64,000 nt of DNA. Source: a virus. The stretch is taken from positions 1-64,000 of IMG/VR virus record IMGVR_UViG_3300018063_000001. One strand, 5' to 3'. Position numbers and translations under genes: made by a program. Shown in pieces: positions 1 through 9,470 of this stretch (positions are counted from its first letter, which is position 1; every line of letters starts with the position of its first letter). The notes under the pieces are model-generated. The model was not told where the DNA came from, searched no databases, and saw only the letters and a program-made list of their open reading frames with translations.

Positions 1-1
1 C

Positions 2-859
2 TTTAGCGGTGAATCGCCAATACTCGAACGGCTGTATGAGCGCGGTATTAAAGGTGAGAAGCTAGATTTAAGCTATACTGATGAAGCTGGCACTTACCAC
101 GACCTGGCTGATTTAGAGATATACCGTGACGGCCAAATGCTCATGCTGTGGAATACCGTACCTCGCTTACCATGGCAGACATCTGCTTATTACTCCCAAG
201 AGGAGTCTGTCCTTCTCCCTACTGAGTTTCGGCGCATGCATAAAAACGAGTGGGTCGGCTCAACTTCCAAGTTTGTTGAAAAAGTATGGTGGCAAAATTG
301 CTATGAGTCTTTGCCCGCATTGGATTCCCGTGAACCTTGCATCCTATCGGCTGATGCGGCGAAGGGCGGCGATTCTACCTCACCGGCTGATTGCTTCGCC
401 TTAGTCGTTATCACCCGTCACCCTAATCGGCGCGATGATGTAGCAGTGCGCTACTGTGGTATATGGCAAGCCGAAAAAGGGCAACTGCTAGACTATGGCC
501 CGATAGATACTGAGATACGTCGATTACTCGCCACATTCGCTATAGTCGAATTTACATACGATCCATATCAGCTTCACAGTATGGCGATGGATTATCGGCG
601 CGAGGGGCTGGTTAAAACCTTTGAGTTCAAGCAAACAGAACCACGCCTGAAAGCTGACAAACAACTTCGTGACTTCATCATAGCCAGACGAATAGCGCAC
701 GATGGGAATCCTATTCTGACTGAGCATATAGATAATGCTAATGTGACGAATCATGGGGAGGACGGTATACGTATTGTTAAGCGTTCTGCTAATCTAAAAG
801 TAGATTCAGCCATTGCTACTTCACAGGGGGTAGCAAGGTGTTTATACTACAACTTTTAA
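2..859 (+). CDS. terL: Terminase large subunit, C-terminal nuclease part (5' end outside window)
   Basis: Frame is open from nt 2, with no stop before the listed Met at 137. Lies directly upstream of portal/head genes. VEFTYDPYQ and LKVDSAIATSQG resemble the acidic RNase H-like nuclease motifs of phage TerL. Confidence 0.6.
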   Translation, partial: FSGESPILERLYERGIKGEKLDLSYTDEAGTYHDLADLEIYRDGQMLMLWNTVPRLPWQTSAYYSQEESVLLPTEFRRMHKNEWVGSTSKFVEKVWWQNCYESLPALDSREPCILSADAAKGGDSTSPADCFALVVITRHPNRRDDVAVRYCGIWQAEKGQLLDYGPIDTEIRRLLATFAIVEFTYDPYQLHSMAMDYRREGLVKTFEFKQTEPRLKADKQLRDFIIARRIAHDGNPILTEHIDNANVTNHGEDGIRIVKRSANLKVDSAIATSQGVARCLYYNF

Positions 860-874
860 TCTAAAGGGGATGAT

Positions 875-985
875 ATGAAATCTTTAGCTTGTTATTTCTT
901 TGGTCATCTTAGGCCGCTATTTGCTTTTGATAGACGCTATCGTTGTCGGCGTTGTGGTAGAATGGTAGTAGAGAGAAATGATTGA
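875..985 (+). CDS. Small Cys-rich ORF (36 aa, CRRCG zinc-ribbon-like)
   Basis: AAAGGGGA RBS 6 nt upstream of the ATG. Its 3' end overlaps the start of the next gene. Too short for the ORF track. Confidence 0.3.
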   Translation: MKSLACYFFGHLRPLFAFDRRYRCRRCGRMVVERND

Positions 986-1451
986 CGGAGTCCAACTTAA
1001 ACAACTCACTACCCACACTGACGAGCGCGGATTCTTCCGCGAGGTTCTGCGCGCTACTGATTCAATTATGCTTGATGGCTTTGCTCAATTGTCGCAAGCT
1101 AAAATGGATAACGATGTAATCAAAGCCTGGCATATTCACAGATTCCAAACTGACCTATGGCTAGTCCCCCTCGGCAAAATTAAAGCAGTGTTATGTGATA
1201 TGCGCCATACCTCATGGCCTGTGTTGCCGAATGAACTTATTGAACAATGTGAGTTTGTCGAATATCTCATGGGTGATGACTGTCAACCTTTCGTATTAAG
1301 AATTCCACCCGGTGTAGCACACGGCCTCAAAGTTCTGCAAGGGCCAGCGTATTTGTTCTATATTACCTCGCAGGTGTACAACCCAGAGGATGAAGGTAGG
1401 ATACCGTATGATGCGCTGGGATATGATTGGTTCAAACAAGACATAAAATAG
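978..1451 (+). CDS. rmlC: dTDP-4-dehydrorhamnose 3,5-epimerase-like cupin (RmlC family)
   Basis: DERGFFRE motif, WHIH...D..W cupin histidines, IPPGVAHG and the Y..EDE...YD..GYDW tail match the RmlC pattern. Length is 157 aa. Confidence 0.7.
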   Translation: MIDGVQLKQLTTHTDERGFFREVLRATDSIMLDGFAQLSQAKMDNDVIKAWHIHRFQTDLWLVPLGKIKAVLCDMRHTSWPVLPNELIEQCEFVEYLMGDDCQPFVLRIPPGVAHGLKVLQGPAYLFYITSQVYNPEDEGRIPYDALGYDWFKQDIK

Positions 1452-1632
1452 CTTATTGTAATTTATTGCAAAGTAGAGTAAAATGTTATTCATACCTAGA
1501 GACATCATCGAGAACATGCGCCGGTTAGTTATCCAATTTCTCAACCTACTCGACGATGCACTTGGATTACCGCGCACGATTCCAAGTAAAGAGGATCGGC
1601 GCAGGTTACGCGATTTAATAAAGTAGTTCCCA

Positions 1633-1682
1633 CCTTTTCGGCTAAAAGCTTAGCGGTGTAATCAGACACACTGCTATTTTTT
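1633..1682 (+). promoter_or_regulatory. Conserved leader cassette, copy 1 (CCTTTTCG box, AGCGG hairpin, U-tract abutting the start codon)
   Basis: CCTTTTCG at 1633-1640. Stem TAGCGGTGT (1651-1659) pairs with ACACTGCTA (1668-1676). TTTTTT runs directly into ATGCC at 1683 with no SD. Same architecture at 23632 and 27174. Confidence 0.6.
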
Positions 1683-3158
1683 ATGCCCGAATCTCACACT
1701 AATGGCACTAAAGCCTTAGACCCCATAGCCGAATTATCTTTACAACGCCGCGCAGAGGAATCTGCAACCGGTGGCGTCTACTCGTGGTGGTTTGCTCGCT
1801 ATGACGATGGCAGCGAGATAGCGCCCTGGTGGAGTCCACAGCGTGACTTCGACCTGCGCCTATTCACCTGGCGTGAAGGTAACGACATCTTACAGGGTGC
1901 GGTATCCTCTATGGTGAAATGGGGTAAGACACTGGCATGGGTATGCGAAGGGCCAGATAGGGTAGTTAACAGATACCAAAGCGTCCTATCCGAATCTGAG
2001 TTCGGTGATGGATGGGGAACACTAATCTCTAAAGCCCTCACTGACTACCTCACTCAGGACAAGGGCGCATCTATCGAAGTCATCGGCGCTGGTAATCCTG
2101 ATGGGCCAATACAGGGGCCGGTACTTGGCCTGGCTCACCTCGATGCGCAATACGTGCAGCCAACTGGCGATGTGAACTACCCCATATTATTCCATAATGT
2201 GAAATCCAAAACAACGCATAAGATACATACGACTCGTGTCATTCGCATAGTAGATATGCCCAGTCCTGATGAGCGGATGTTGGGGATTGGATTCTGTGCC
2301 GTTAGTCGTGTTATCGCTGCGTCCCAGGTTTTGCTTAAACTCGTAAGGTATAAAAACGAGAAGCTAAGCGACATGCCGGAAGCTGGTATACTCATCCTTA
2401 ACAATCTTATGCCGGCACAGTGGAAGGATGCACAGGCTAAACACCAGAAGGACCGGCGCAAGCTAGGTGCTGAGATATGGTCGAATATTATGACCTTATT
2501 CAGCATCGACCCGGCGCAACCGGCAACGGCTAACTTCGTATCCTTTGCTAATTTACCCGATGGCTTTAACGAGGAAGTGGCACTTGATACCTACCTCAAT
2601 ATTGTGGCGCTAGCTTTCGGTGTAGATAAGCGCGAGTTCTGGCCGGAGTCGAGCAGCGGCCTGGGTGGGAATCGCGAAGCAGCTGTCATGGCGCAAAAGG
2701 CCAGAGGTAAAGGTAAGGGTGACATCATAGCGGCCGTTGAACGCGCTATCAACTGGAAGGTGCTACCGGCGTCCGTGAACTTTAGATTCGATTTTAGAGA
2801 TGATGAGGAAGATAAACTTAAGGCTGAGATTAATGCTGCTAAAGTAGAAAGCATTATGAGTATGTGGAAGCCCGAACAAGTAGACAAAGGTATTCTGCCT
2901 CCCGTATCGGCTATCGAATTACGTCAGATGCTAGCTGATAATGTACCTGACTATTTCAAACAAGAGTTCTTGGAATTTGATGTATCAGGTGAGGAAGAGT
3001 TAACGGATACAGAGCGGGAGGACAAGGCGCTGAATCGTATTGTGGCTATGGCAGAGAAGAATTATCAGGATGGTAAGATAAGTTTAGATGACCTTATTGA
3101 GTTTCGATTAGGTACAGTGCTAGATGGGAGTCTATTGAATGAAAATCGTTTGTCTTAA
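1683..3158 (+). CDS. Portal protein (by position and size)
   Basis: 491-aa ORF, the first large gene after terL and followed by a MuF-like head morphogenesis gene. No specific motif verified. Confidence 0.55.
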   Translation: MPESHTNGTKALDPIAELSLQRRAEESATGGVYSWWFARYDDGSEIAPWWSPQRDFDLRLFTWREGNDILQGAVSSMVKWGKTLAWVCEGPDRVVNRYQSVLSESEFGDGWGTLISKALTDYLTQDKGASIEVIGAGNPDGPIQGPVLGLAHLDAQYVQPTGDVNYPILFHNVKSKTTHKIHTTRVIRIVDMPSPDERMLGIGFCAVSRVIAASQVLLKLVRYKNEKLSDMPEAGILILNNLMPAQWKDAQAKHQKDRRKLGAEIWSNIMTLFSIDPAQPATANFVSFANLPDGFNEEVALDTYLNIVALAFGVDKREFWPESSSGLGGNREAAVMAQKARGKGKGDIIAAVERAINWKVLPASVNFRFDFRDDEEDKLKAEINAAKVESIMSMWKPEQVDKGILPPVSAIELRQMLADNVPDYFKQEFLEFDVSGEEELTDTEREDKALNRIVAMAEKNYQDGKISLDDLIEFRLGTVLDGSLLNENRLS

Positions 3159-3351
3159 AAATGGCCCGTATCTGGTTACGGATGATACGTTATCTCAAGT
3201 TACTAACGAGGATGGCACAATTGATACACTCAAGGCCGGCCCCATTGCCCTATGTCGCTGTGGACATTCTGCCACCAAACCGTTTTGTGATGGTAAGCAT
3301 AAGGTAGTGAATTTTGAAGCTGAACAAGTTGAATTAGATGAGCGTATCTAG
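3139..3351 (+). CDS. CDGSH-type iron-sulfur domain protein
   Basis: CRCGHSATKPFCDGKH fits the CDGSH signature C-x-C-x2-S-x3-P-x-C-D-G-x-H. 70 aa, overlapping the portal 3' end by 20 nt. Confidence 0.7.
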   Translation: MKIVCLKNGPYLVTDDTLSQVTNEDGTIDTLKAGPIALCRCGHSATKPFCDGKHKVVNFEAEQVELDERI

Positions 3352-3907
3352 TTATCAGGCCGGCCTAAGATCAGCGACTAGGGGATTCTATAACGGGGTT
3401 CTAACTCAGGGGCAGTTCGTAGATTCCATGGAATCTACCATTCGCAGAGGTCTAACTCAAGCATTCATAGAGGGCGCAAAAGTCTGTAATGTAGCACAGG
3501 ACGAATTAACCGATAAGGAACTAGACGCACTCACGGAAGCTATCGAAAGTGAGTATGAATATATTAGCGACTTTGCAGCTGGTATAGAAGAGAGTGAGAA
3601 GTTAGCAGCATTGTATAGTCGGCTAGATAGGTGGACTCTGCGTTATACCGACATACTCAACCGTGCCAAGACGATGGCATGCGCCGATGAAAAACTAGAA
3701 TGGCGACTCGGCGCAACTGAGAAGCATTGCAATACTTGCCCTAGACTAAATGGTAAAGTCAAGCGCGGTAGCCAGTGGGATAGGCTAGGTATCCATCCGC
3801 AGCGACCTCCTAATTCGTGTTTAGATTGCGGCGGGTGGGAGTGTAAATGTGGTGTTTATCCGACCGATAAAGCGGTTAGTCGAGGGAGTTTAGGAGTAAG
3901 CTGTTGA
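3338..3907 (+). CDS. Head morphogenesis / minor capsid protein (Mu F / SPP1 gp7-like)
   Basis: Positioned after the portal. Cys-rich C-terminus (CNTCPRLNGKV...CLDCGGWECKC), as seen in MuF-like proteins. Confidence 0.45.
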   Translation: MSVSSYQAGLRSATRGFYNGVLTQGQFVDSMESTIRRGLTQAFIEGAKVCNVAQDELTDKELDALTEAIESEYEYISDFAAGIEESEKLAALYSRLDRWTLRYTDILNRAKTMACADEKLEWRLGATEKHCNTCPRLNGKVKRGSQWDRLGIHPQRPPNSCLDCGGWECKCGVYPTDKAVSRGSLGVSC

Positions 3908-4137
3908 AGGAACGATTAGCAGAATTATGCCATAGCCAATGGAGTGGATGGGTTAGATACATGTTCTCTAAAGGTATGCTCAATGAGGATGGTACTTGGA
4001 CTATGCCGGTTGAATTTGTCCAGCGTTGGACCAGGCAGATGAATACTCCCTATGCTGAATTATCAGACTCAGAACAGAATAGTGATAGGGATGAGGCCGA
4101 TAAGTTCATAAAGCTAGTTTATGGGGACGATGAATGA
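3904..4137 (+). CDS. Hypothetical protein
   Basis: Start overlaps the upstream stop and its own stop overlaps the next ATG (ATGA). Lies in the head operon. Confidence 0.5.
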   Translation: MKERLAELCHSQWSGWVRYMFSKGMLNEDGTWTMPVEFVQRWTRQMNTPYAELSDSEQNSDRDEADKFIKLVYGDDE

Positions 4138-6509
4138 AGTTTATTAACCTACCCAAACCGCACGGCTTCCTCATCTGGCGTGGTAAGCAAACGACTATCG
4201 CGTCGCCTACTGCTTTGCTTAGTGGTGAGAAGATGCTAGTCATCAGCGATGGTGAGCCATACGGTGAAGCTATCCTATCGCAACCCGTAGCCGTGAATCT
4301 AAGCGGCTTTGAGGATATGCAAGATTCCCACTGTGTCAGGCCGGAGGATCGCAAACTCTATTGGCCCGATGCTGATAAGTTCTTTGTCTACAAATTCAAA
4401 GACTGGCTCCCCTATGAGGATTTTGTACCGACTGGCAAATTCTATGATAACGAGGAAGTAGTCAAGCGCGTCTTACCTCGCAGGACTATCGAATTAAATG
4501 GTGATGAGGCAGAGGTACTCGACTTACCTGAGCCGACCAGCGAACAGCAGAAACTGCTAGAACAGGTTGAGCGTCTACCCAAAACGCTAATCCTGCTAGA
4601 TGAGGCAGTAAGGTTAGAGGATGGCAAGGCAGTATATTGTAGTGGGGTGGATTGCTCCAAACTAGAACCAGTATTGGCAGCGACATTAGACGGTGCTAAA
4701 TCGGCTGACTCCTTGCCATTATACCAACTTGCACTTGTCAGGATCCCACGGTTAGCATTTAGAGAAAAAAAAAGTAACACTCAGGAAGGTGATAAAGCTA
4801 TGCCATATTCAAAAGTTAAACGCGGTGATGAGTGGTGCGTTATCAAGTCGGACACAGAGGAAGTTGAGAAGTGCTATGATGACGAATCTAAAGCTGATGA
4901 TTACCTGGCAGCATTGCGTGCCAATGTGAATGAAGGTAAAAGCGTAAAGGAACTCATAGCTGAAGCGCGTAAATGTTACGATGAGGGTATGCCTATGTCA
5001 GTTATGTATGGCGGCCCGACCTCATTTGCTGAGTTTGAAGCTATAGAGGAGGAACACGAAAAGAGAATGGAAGTAAGAGAACTCACGTTTCGATTCCAAA
5101 CTCTGTCTAGCAACATTTTTAATTCACCTGATGTAGAAGATAAGGCATCGGCCTTAGCAGCTTTAGCGAATGAGTACGGCGGCTTGGTAGGCGAGGCTGT
5201 TAAGTCGGCTACTGTTGATGAGGATAACAAGGCCGGTGAAGGTTATCTCGTGCCAGATGGGAATCACCTGCCCACTCGAAAGGTTGGCAAGCTAGATCAC
5301 GGGCTTATGGGCAGTGCATGGGCTGCCTTGCATGGTGGCTATCGTGGTAACAAATACGAAGGGCCGAATAAGTCACAAGCTATAGCCAAGCTAAAGAAGC
5401 TCTACGAATCAGAAGGTATGGATACACCTAGTGAAAAGGGTGACACCGAAGTACCCGAAGGCGAGAAAGTCGGCAAGCGAATCCGGCAAAGTATGAAGGA
5501 TAGACTCAAGCAAGCATGGGAAACGATTAAGGAAGTGATGGACTGGGCAGAGCCAGTTGATGAGACTGCGCTGGATATGATGTCTAAGTCCATAGCTATC
5601 AAGCAGGTAAACGGCAAACCGTGGTTTATTGCCTACTCGACTAATGCCTTTGAGGATAGAGAACAAGAAATCTTTAGCACCAAATCCTTAGAGCAATATG
5701 TCCAAGAAGCTGAGACGAAAAAGGATAGGGGTACATTCAACTTCTGGCACATACCCGGCTCTGACTTTGCACAGAAGGAATGGCAAGCTGTAGTAGGACG
5801 CTTCTTGGTCGAAGCTGGCCCATTTCTCGATAACGAGTTAGGACAGGCAGCACTTAAATTCTTTAACGAATACCCTGACGGTCATCCCGATATAGCACCG
5901 GAAGGGTGGGGATGTTCCCCTGAATATAGATACTTGCCAGAAGAGCGCAAAAGTGGGGTGTATGAAAACATTTGGATAACACGAACATCAGCTCTGCCAC
6001 GGTTGGCAGCGGCTAATATATGGACGAAAGGAACTATCATGGCAGTAACAGAAGGGCAAGAAAAGGCAGGTAAGTTATTGTTTGGTGGGCCGTTGTATGA
6101 CAGACTCATTAAACCGGCAGAGGTCATGACTAAAGAGCTAGAGGAAGCGAATGTCAATCATAAGGAAGTAACAGCAGAGGTTACAGAACCAGCTACTATC
6201 GAAGTGCCGGTCAATGAAATCGCTAATGAGGTTGTCAAGCTAATCGACCTGGCAGCATTTGGTGAGGCGCTTACTCTGATGGGTCAACAGTTGGTTGAGT
6301 TGCAGGGTGAGATTAAGGCGCTTAAGAAAACAGAGGATATTAAGAATAACGAAGATACCCCGCGCCTTGTCTGGTCGATGGTACAACGGGCCAGCCAGGC
6401 GGAAGGCACTAAAGTTGCAGATGACGACGACTTAAAAGGTAAAAAACCTGTGGAAGCACAGGCAACAGATAAGTCGGGCGCTGCGGCCTTCTTCACAGCG
6501 CGAGGGTAA
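4134..6509 (+). CDS. Large head-assembly protein (scaffold / prohead-associated fusion) with N-terminal ASCH-like region
   Basis: 791 aa, immediately upstream of the capsid gene. Acidic coiled-coil C-terminus (LVELQGEIKALKKTEDIK). The N-terminal ~95 aa resemble an ASCH beta-barrel. The assignment is positional. Confidence 0.35.
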   Translation: MKFINLPKPHGFLIWRGKQTTIASPTALLSGEKMLVISDGEPYGEAILSQPVAVNLSGFEDMQDSHCVRPEDRKLYWPDADKFFVYKFKDWLPYEDFVPTGKFYDNEEVVKRVLPRRTIELNGDEAEVLDLPEPTSEQQKLLEQVERLPKTLILLDEAVRLEDGKAVYCSGVDCSKLEPVLAATLDGAKSADSLPLYQLALVRIPRLAFREKKSNTQEGDKAMPYSKVKRGDEWCVIKSDTEEVEKCYDDESKADDYLAALRANVNEGKSVKELIAEARKCYDEGMPMSVMYGGPTSFAEFEAIEEEHEKRMEVRELTFRFQTLSSNIFNSPDVEDKASALAALANEYGGLVGEAVKSATVDEDNKAGEGYLVPDGNHLPTRKVGKLDHGLMGSAWAALHGGYRGNKYEGPNKSQAIAKLKKLYESEGMDTPSEKGDTEVPEGEKVGKRIRQSMKDRLKQAWETIKEVMDWAEPVDETALDMMSKSIAIKQVNGKPWFIAYSTNAFEDREQEIFSTKSLEQYVQEAETKKDRGTFNFWHIPGSDFAQKEWQAVVGRFLVEAGPFLDNELGQAALKFFNEYPDGHPDIAPEGWGCSPEYRYLPEERKSGVYENIWITRTSALPRLAAANIWTKGTIMAVTEGQEKAGKLLFGGPLYDRLIKPAEVMTKELEEANVNHKEVTAEVTEPATIEVPVNEIANEVVKLIDLAAFGEALTLMGQQLVELQGEIKALKKTEDIKNNEDTPRLVWSMVQRASQAEGTKVADDDDLKGKKPVEAQATDKSGAAAFFTARG

Positions 6510-6511
6510 AA

Positions 6512-7936
6512 ATGGATGAAGTTAAATTTGCTCAAGAAATGGCTAAAGCGTTAGCGCCTATTCTAACACAGAATGGCGGTTACGCTTATGGCAAAAAGGC
6601 TACAGGTGTACCTACCTTAGCTAATTACCTATACGAGGAAGGTGGCTTGTTTGGCCGCTGCGATGGGTCTAGTACGCTCATCAATGCGCTAGTCGGCCCT
6701 ATCGGTTATGAGAAGGTTCTTACCTGGGTAGGTACGGATACCGAGCGAGAGTTTGTAGACGCCTGGAGTGACATCGACATTACTGCTGGCGAGCAGAGTA
6801 CGGTCTGCGGCAACTGTCAAACGGCTTCAATGCGAGCATGCGCTCAATTCTACTGCTTTGGCCGCTTCTGTCGCCAATCCCAAGAATTGCAGTTTGACCG
6901 CATCGGCTTACGTGCTAATAGTGGCGTGCCAATCAAGAACCTGTTTGGTAGTATCACCGGCCCCGATGGCGGCGTCCTTGTCCCACAAGGCGCACCACTC
7001 ACGGATGACTTCTATGTTCAAACGGCGCTTGTCGGCTATGCGCTACGGTTGCGAAATGCACAGCTCCTATGGAGTGGGAATCCCATCAACAATGCCGGCG
7101 CATACGCAGAGCATGCCGGTTTTCAGTTGCTAGTAAACACGGGTAAGTTTGATGCTTACACCCAACTTGCTTGTAACGCGCTGGATTCCTTCCTTCTCAA
7201 CTTTGCTAACAATGCGCCCGCCGCTGATGGCACGTATGCTATCCGTCAATGGTTTCACCGCATGATGAACCAGTTTAGAGTCCGTGCCGACAGAGCCGGA
7301 TTAGATTGGGATACGGCGGTGATGGATATTGTTATGACGCCTAACTTGTGGGATTGCATTGCACGGGTGTATGCTTGTGCGGGTGTTGATTTGTGTACCT
7401 TAACAAATGCACAGAACAACACGGTTCAGAACGCAGATCAGGCGCAAAGTCGTTACGAGAACTACCTGAGTACCATGCAATTGCCGATTGACGGCAAGCT
7501 CTACCCAGTAGTTTTGGACTCGCAAATACCCGAAATAACGGGGCAGGCTAACGGCATTTGCTCCGACATCTACTTCATCACCCGTGAGATTTCAGGACGC
7601 ACCATCACCTACGGCAACTATCAGGATTTTAACAAAACGTATGGCCGTACTCGTGCTGAGATGGTATCTATGTTCGGTAGTGATGATATTGCCATTACCG
7701 ATAATGGGCGCTTCTCACTGGTGCGCTCAAACGAACGCGGGTGTTTCGACATCCAGGCTTATACCAAACCGCGCATTGTTATGGAAATGCCGCAACTGAG
7801 CGGTCGGATTCGTAACGTGTGTTGTAACGTGTTAGGGAGTCCATTCCCAGACCCATCGGGTAGTGGCAGGGTTTACGAGTTGAGTGGGGGTCGCACACTG
7901 ACTCCGATTCCAGTTTTATACTCGGACAACTGCTAG
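6512..7936 (+). CDS. Major capsid protein (by position)
   Basis: 474-aa ORF directly after the scaffold-like gene, followed by strong hairpins. No motif verified. Confidence 0.5.
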   Translation: MDEVKFAQEMAKALAPILTQNGGYAYGKKATGVPTLANYLYEEGGLFGRCDGSSTLINALVGPIGYEKVLTWVGTDTEREFVDAWSDIDITAGEQSTVCGNCQTASMRACAQFYCFGRFCRQSQELQFDRIGLRANSGVPIKNLFGSITGPDGGVLVPQGAPLTDDFYVQTALVGYALRLRNAQLLWSGNPINNAGAYAEHAGFQLLVNTGKFDAYTQLACNALDSFLLNFANNAPAADGTYAIRQWFHRMMNQFRVRADRAGLDWDTAVMDIVMTPNLWDCIARVYACAGVDLCTLTNAQNNTVQNADQAQSRYENYLSTMQLPIDGKLYPVVLDSQIPEITGQANGICSDIYFITREISGRTITYGNYQDFNKTYGRTRAEMVSMFGSDDIAITDNGRFSLVRSNERGCFDIQAYTKPRIVMEMPQLSGRIRNVCCNVLGSPFPDPSGSGRVYELSGGRTLTPIPVLYSDNC

Positions 7937-7992
7937 ACAAATAGCAGAGGTTGTGTTATACTTTAAGTGGATTTGGATTGGATTTGAGGATA

Positions 7993-8025
7993 GGCTAGGG
8001 GTATCCAATGGTGGTATCCCTAGCC
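7993..8025 (+). other. Stable hairpin downstream of the capsid gene
   Basis: GGCTAGGGGTA (7993-8003) pairs with TATCCCTAGCC (8015-8025), with one G-U. No U-tract follows. Confidence 0.5.
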
Positions 8026-8100
8026 ACTCTCTAAAGCAGAGGACTAGATGAGAGTTTATCAAAGTATAGCGTATTCTTTTAGCATAATTTTCTTTGTAAT

Positions 8101-8142
8101 GGGACAGTACACTATCTGGTTTACGCTGGATAACACTGTCCC
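8101..8142 (+). other. Second hairpin in the capsid-GT intergenic region
   Basis: GGGACAGT (8101-8108) pairs with ACTGTCCC (8135-8142). The loop is 26 nt. Confidence 0.4.
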
Positions 8143-8202
8143 ATATTTATTGACATCTATTTTCTGGATTCTCACCGCGATATACTTACAGGGTTACGGA
8201 AA

Positions 8203-8982
8203 GTGAGAGATTATACCACTTTCGCTTATGTCGTATTACACTACGGAGTCGACTACCTTCCCTACAGCTTGAAATCTATTTTCAATTTGGTAGATAGAAT
8301 CTATATCATGTATACGCCACATCCCTCACACGGCCATAGAACCGATGTCCAGCCGATTGAATCGAGAGAGGAATTACTATCGGCGGCTTATTCAGTTTAT
8401 GAATCGCATCATAGCAGTAAGATACACTGGCTTGAAACTGACTTCTGGAACGAAGGCCAGCAGCGTGACTATGCTGTGCAAACACTTATGAATGATGGCG
8501 CGGATTTAATTCTCGTTTTAGATTATGACGAAATCTGGCATGAGCATGTACTAGACAAAGCCTTGCGCCATGTATGGGATATGAATGGCGCGCGTAACTG
8601 GCTGATAAATTTCTCGCATCTTTGGCGCTCGTTTAATTATGTCTGCCATGACCAAAACTGGCCTGTTCGCATCATTGATACTCGCCACAGTGGGGGGACT
8701 GGCTATGTGCCTAAAGAGTTAGGTGACATCTATCATCTAGGATATGCTGTGACAGACAAGGTAATGCGTTATAAGTGGGAGTGCCATGGCCATAAAGATG
8801 AATTGCGCCCTAACTGGTTTGAGGAAAAGTGGCAAGCATGGCCTCCAGTAGATGACTGTCACCCGACGAATGGTAAGAATGATGAGGGTATAGGCTGGTG
8901 GAATCCGGTGGCGTTTGATAGGAGAGAGTTACCTTATGTTATGCATAGTCACCCATATTGGGATAAGGAGCGCATAGATTAA
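8203..8982 (+). CDS. Glycosyltransferase, GT-A / GT2-like
   Basis: GTG start. LILVLDYDEIW DxD-type motif after an N-terminal beta-alpha region. First gene of the glycan island. Confidence 0.5.
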   Translation: MRDYTTFAYVVLHYGVDYLPYSLKSIFNLVDRIYIMYTPHPSHGHRTDVQPIESREELLSAAYSVYESHHSSKIHWLETDFWNEGQQRDYAVQTLMNDGADLILVLDYDEIWHEHVLDKALRHVWDMNGARNWLINFSHLWRSFNYVCHDQNWPVRIIDTRHSGGTGYVPKELGDIYHLGYAVTDKVMRYKWECHGHKDELRPNWFEEKWQAWPPVDDCHPTNGKNDEGIGWWNPVAFDRRELPYVMHSHPYWDKERID

Positions 8983-9105
8983 ATGTACTGTATCTTGAGT
9001 GGATGCGGTTCGGCGGTGGCTAATGCCTTAGCGGTATTCATTTTAGTGCTATTATTTGTAGCACTACTCATATTGATTGACTCACAAACTAAAAGAAAGG
9101 ATTGA
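8983..9105 (+). CDS. Small membrane peptide (40 aa, 1 TM)
   Basis: ATG immediately follows the stop of the upstream gene. Hydrophobic core ALAVFILVLLFVALLILI. Confidence 0.35.
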   Translation: MYCILSGCGSAVANALAVFILVLLFVALLILIDSQTKRKD

Positions 9106-9270
9106 ATGATGACTGTTTTGCTACCTTTACTTTTTGTTCTAATCGGCGGATTAGCATACCTATTAGCAGCTAATCCAAAGTATCAATATCTTGGTCTGGT
9201 TACTTTCGGCTGTGGGTTGCTGGCGTTCCTGCTAACGGGTGGGCAACAAGTAGTGAGCTTGTTTCAATGA
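9106..9270 (+). CDS. Small membrane protein (54 aa, 2 TM)
   Basis: Two hydrophobic segments (LLPLLFVLIGGLAYLL, LGLVTFGCGLLAFLL). Stop overlaps the next ATG (ATGA). Confidence 0.4.
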   Translation: MMTVLLPLLFVLIGGLAYLLAANPKYQYLGLVTFGCGLLAFLLTGGQQVVSLFQ

Positions 9271-9470
9271 AGTGGGAATATAGTGTACTAAATTTAGAGG
9301 AAATGCAGAAGCAATTCCACGATTCCTTTAAATCAATGCTAGACGTAAACGGCGTGGAAGGATGGGAACTTGTCTCAGTAGACAACGGTATAGCCTACTT
9401 CAAGCGTCCTATTGTTGAGCCTATTGCTATGTTTAAGTTGGACTTCTCATATAAAGGTACTTACGAATGA
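9267..9470 (+). CDS. DUF4177-like small protein, paralogue 1
   Basis: MKWEY...GWELVSV...AYFKRP matches the DUF4177 pattern. Confidence 0.6.
   Translation: MKWEYSVLNLEEMQKQFHDSFKSMLDVNGVEGWELVSVDNGIAYFKRPIVEPIAMFKLDFSYKGTYE

Noticed and set aside
126-754. ORFs 126..404 (+) and 524..754 (-)
   Set aside because: They are nested in or antisense to the terL frame, which is open from the window edge.
9106-9270. Calling the 2-TM small protein a holin
   Set aside because: No adjacent endolysin or spanin is present. It sits in the glycan island among several other tiny membrane peptides, so it is kept as a generic membrane protein.
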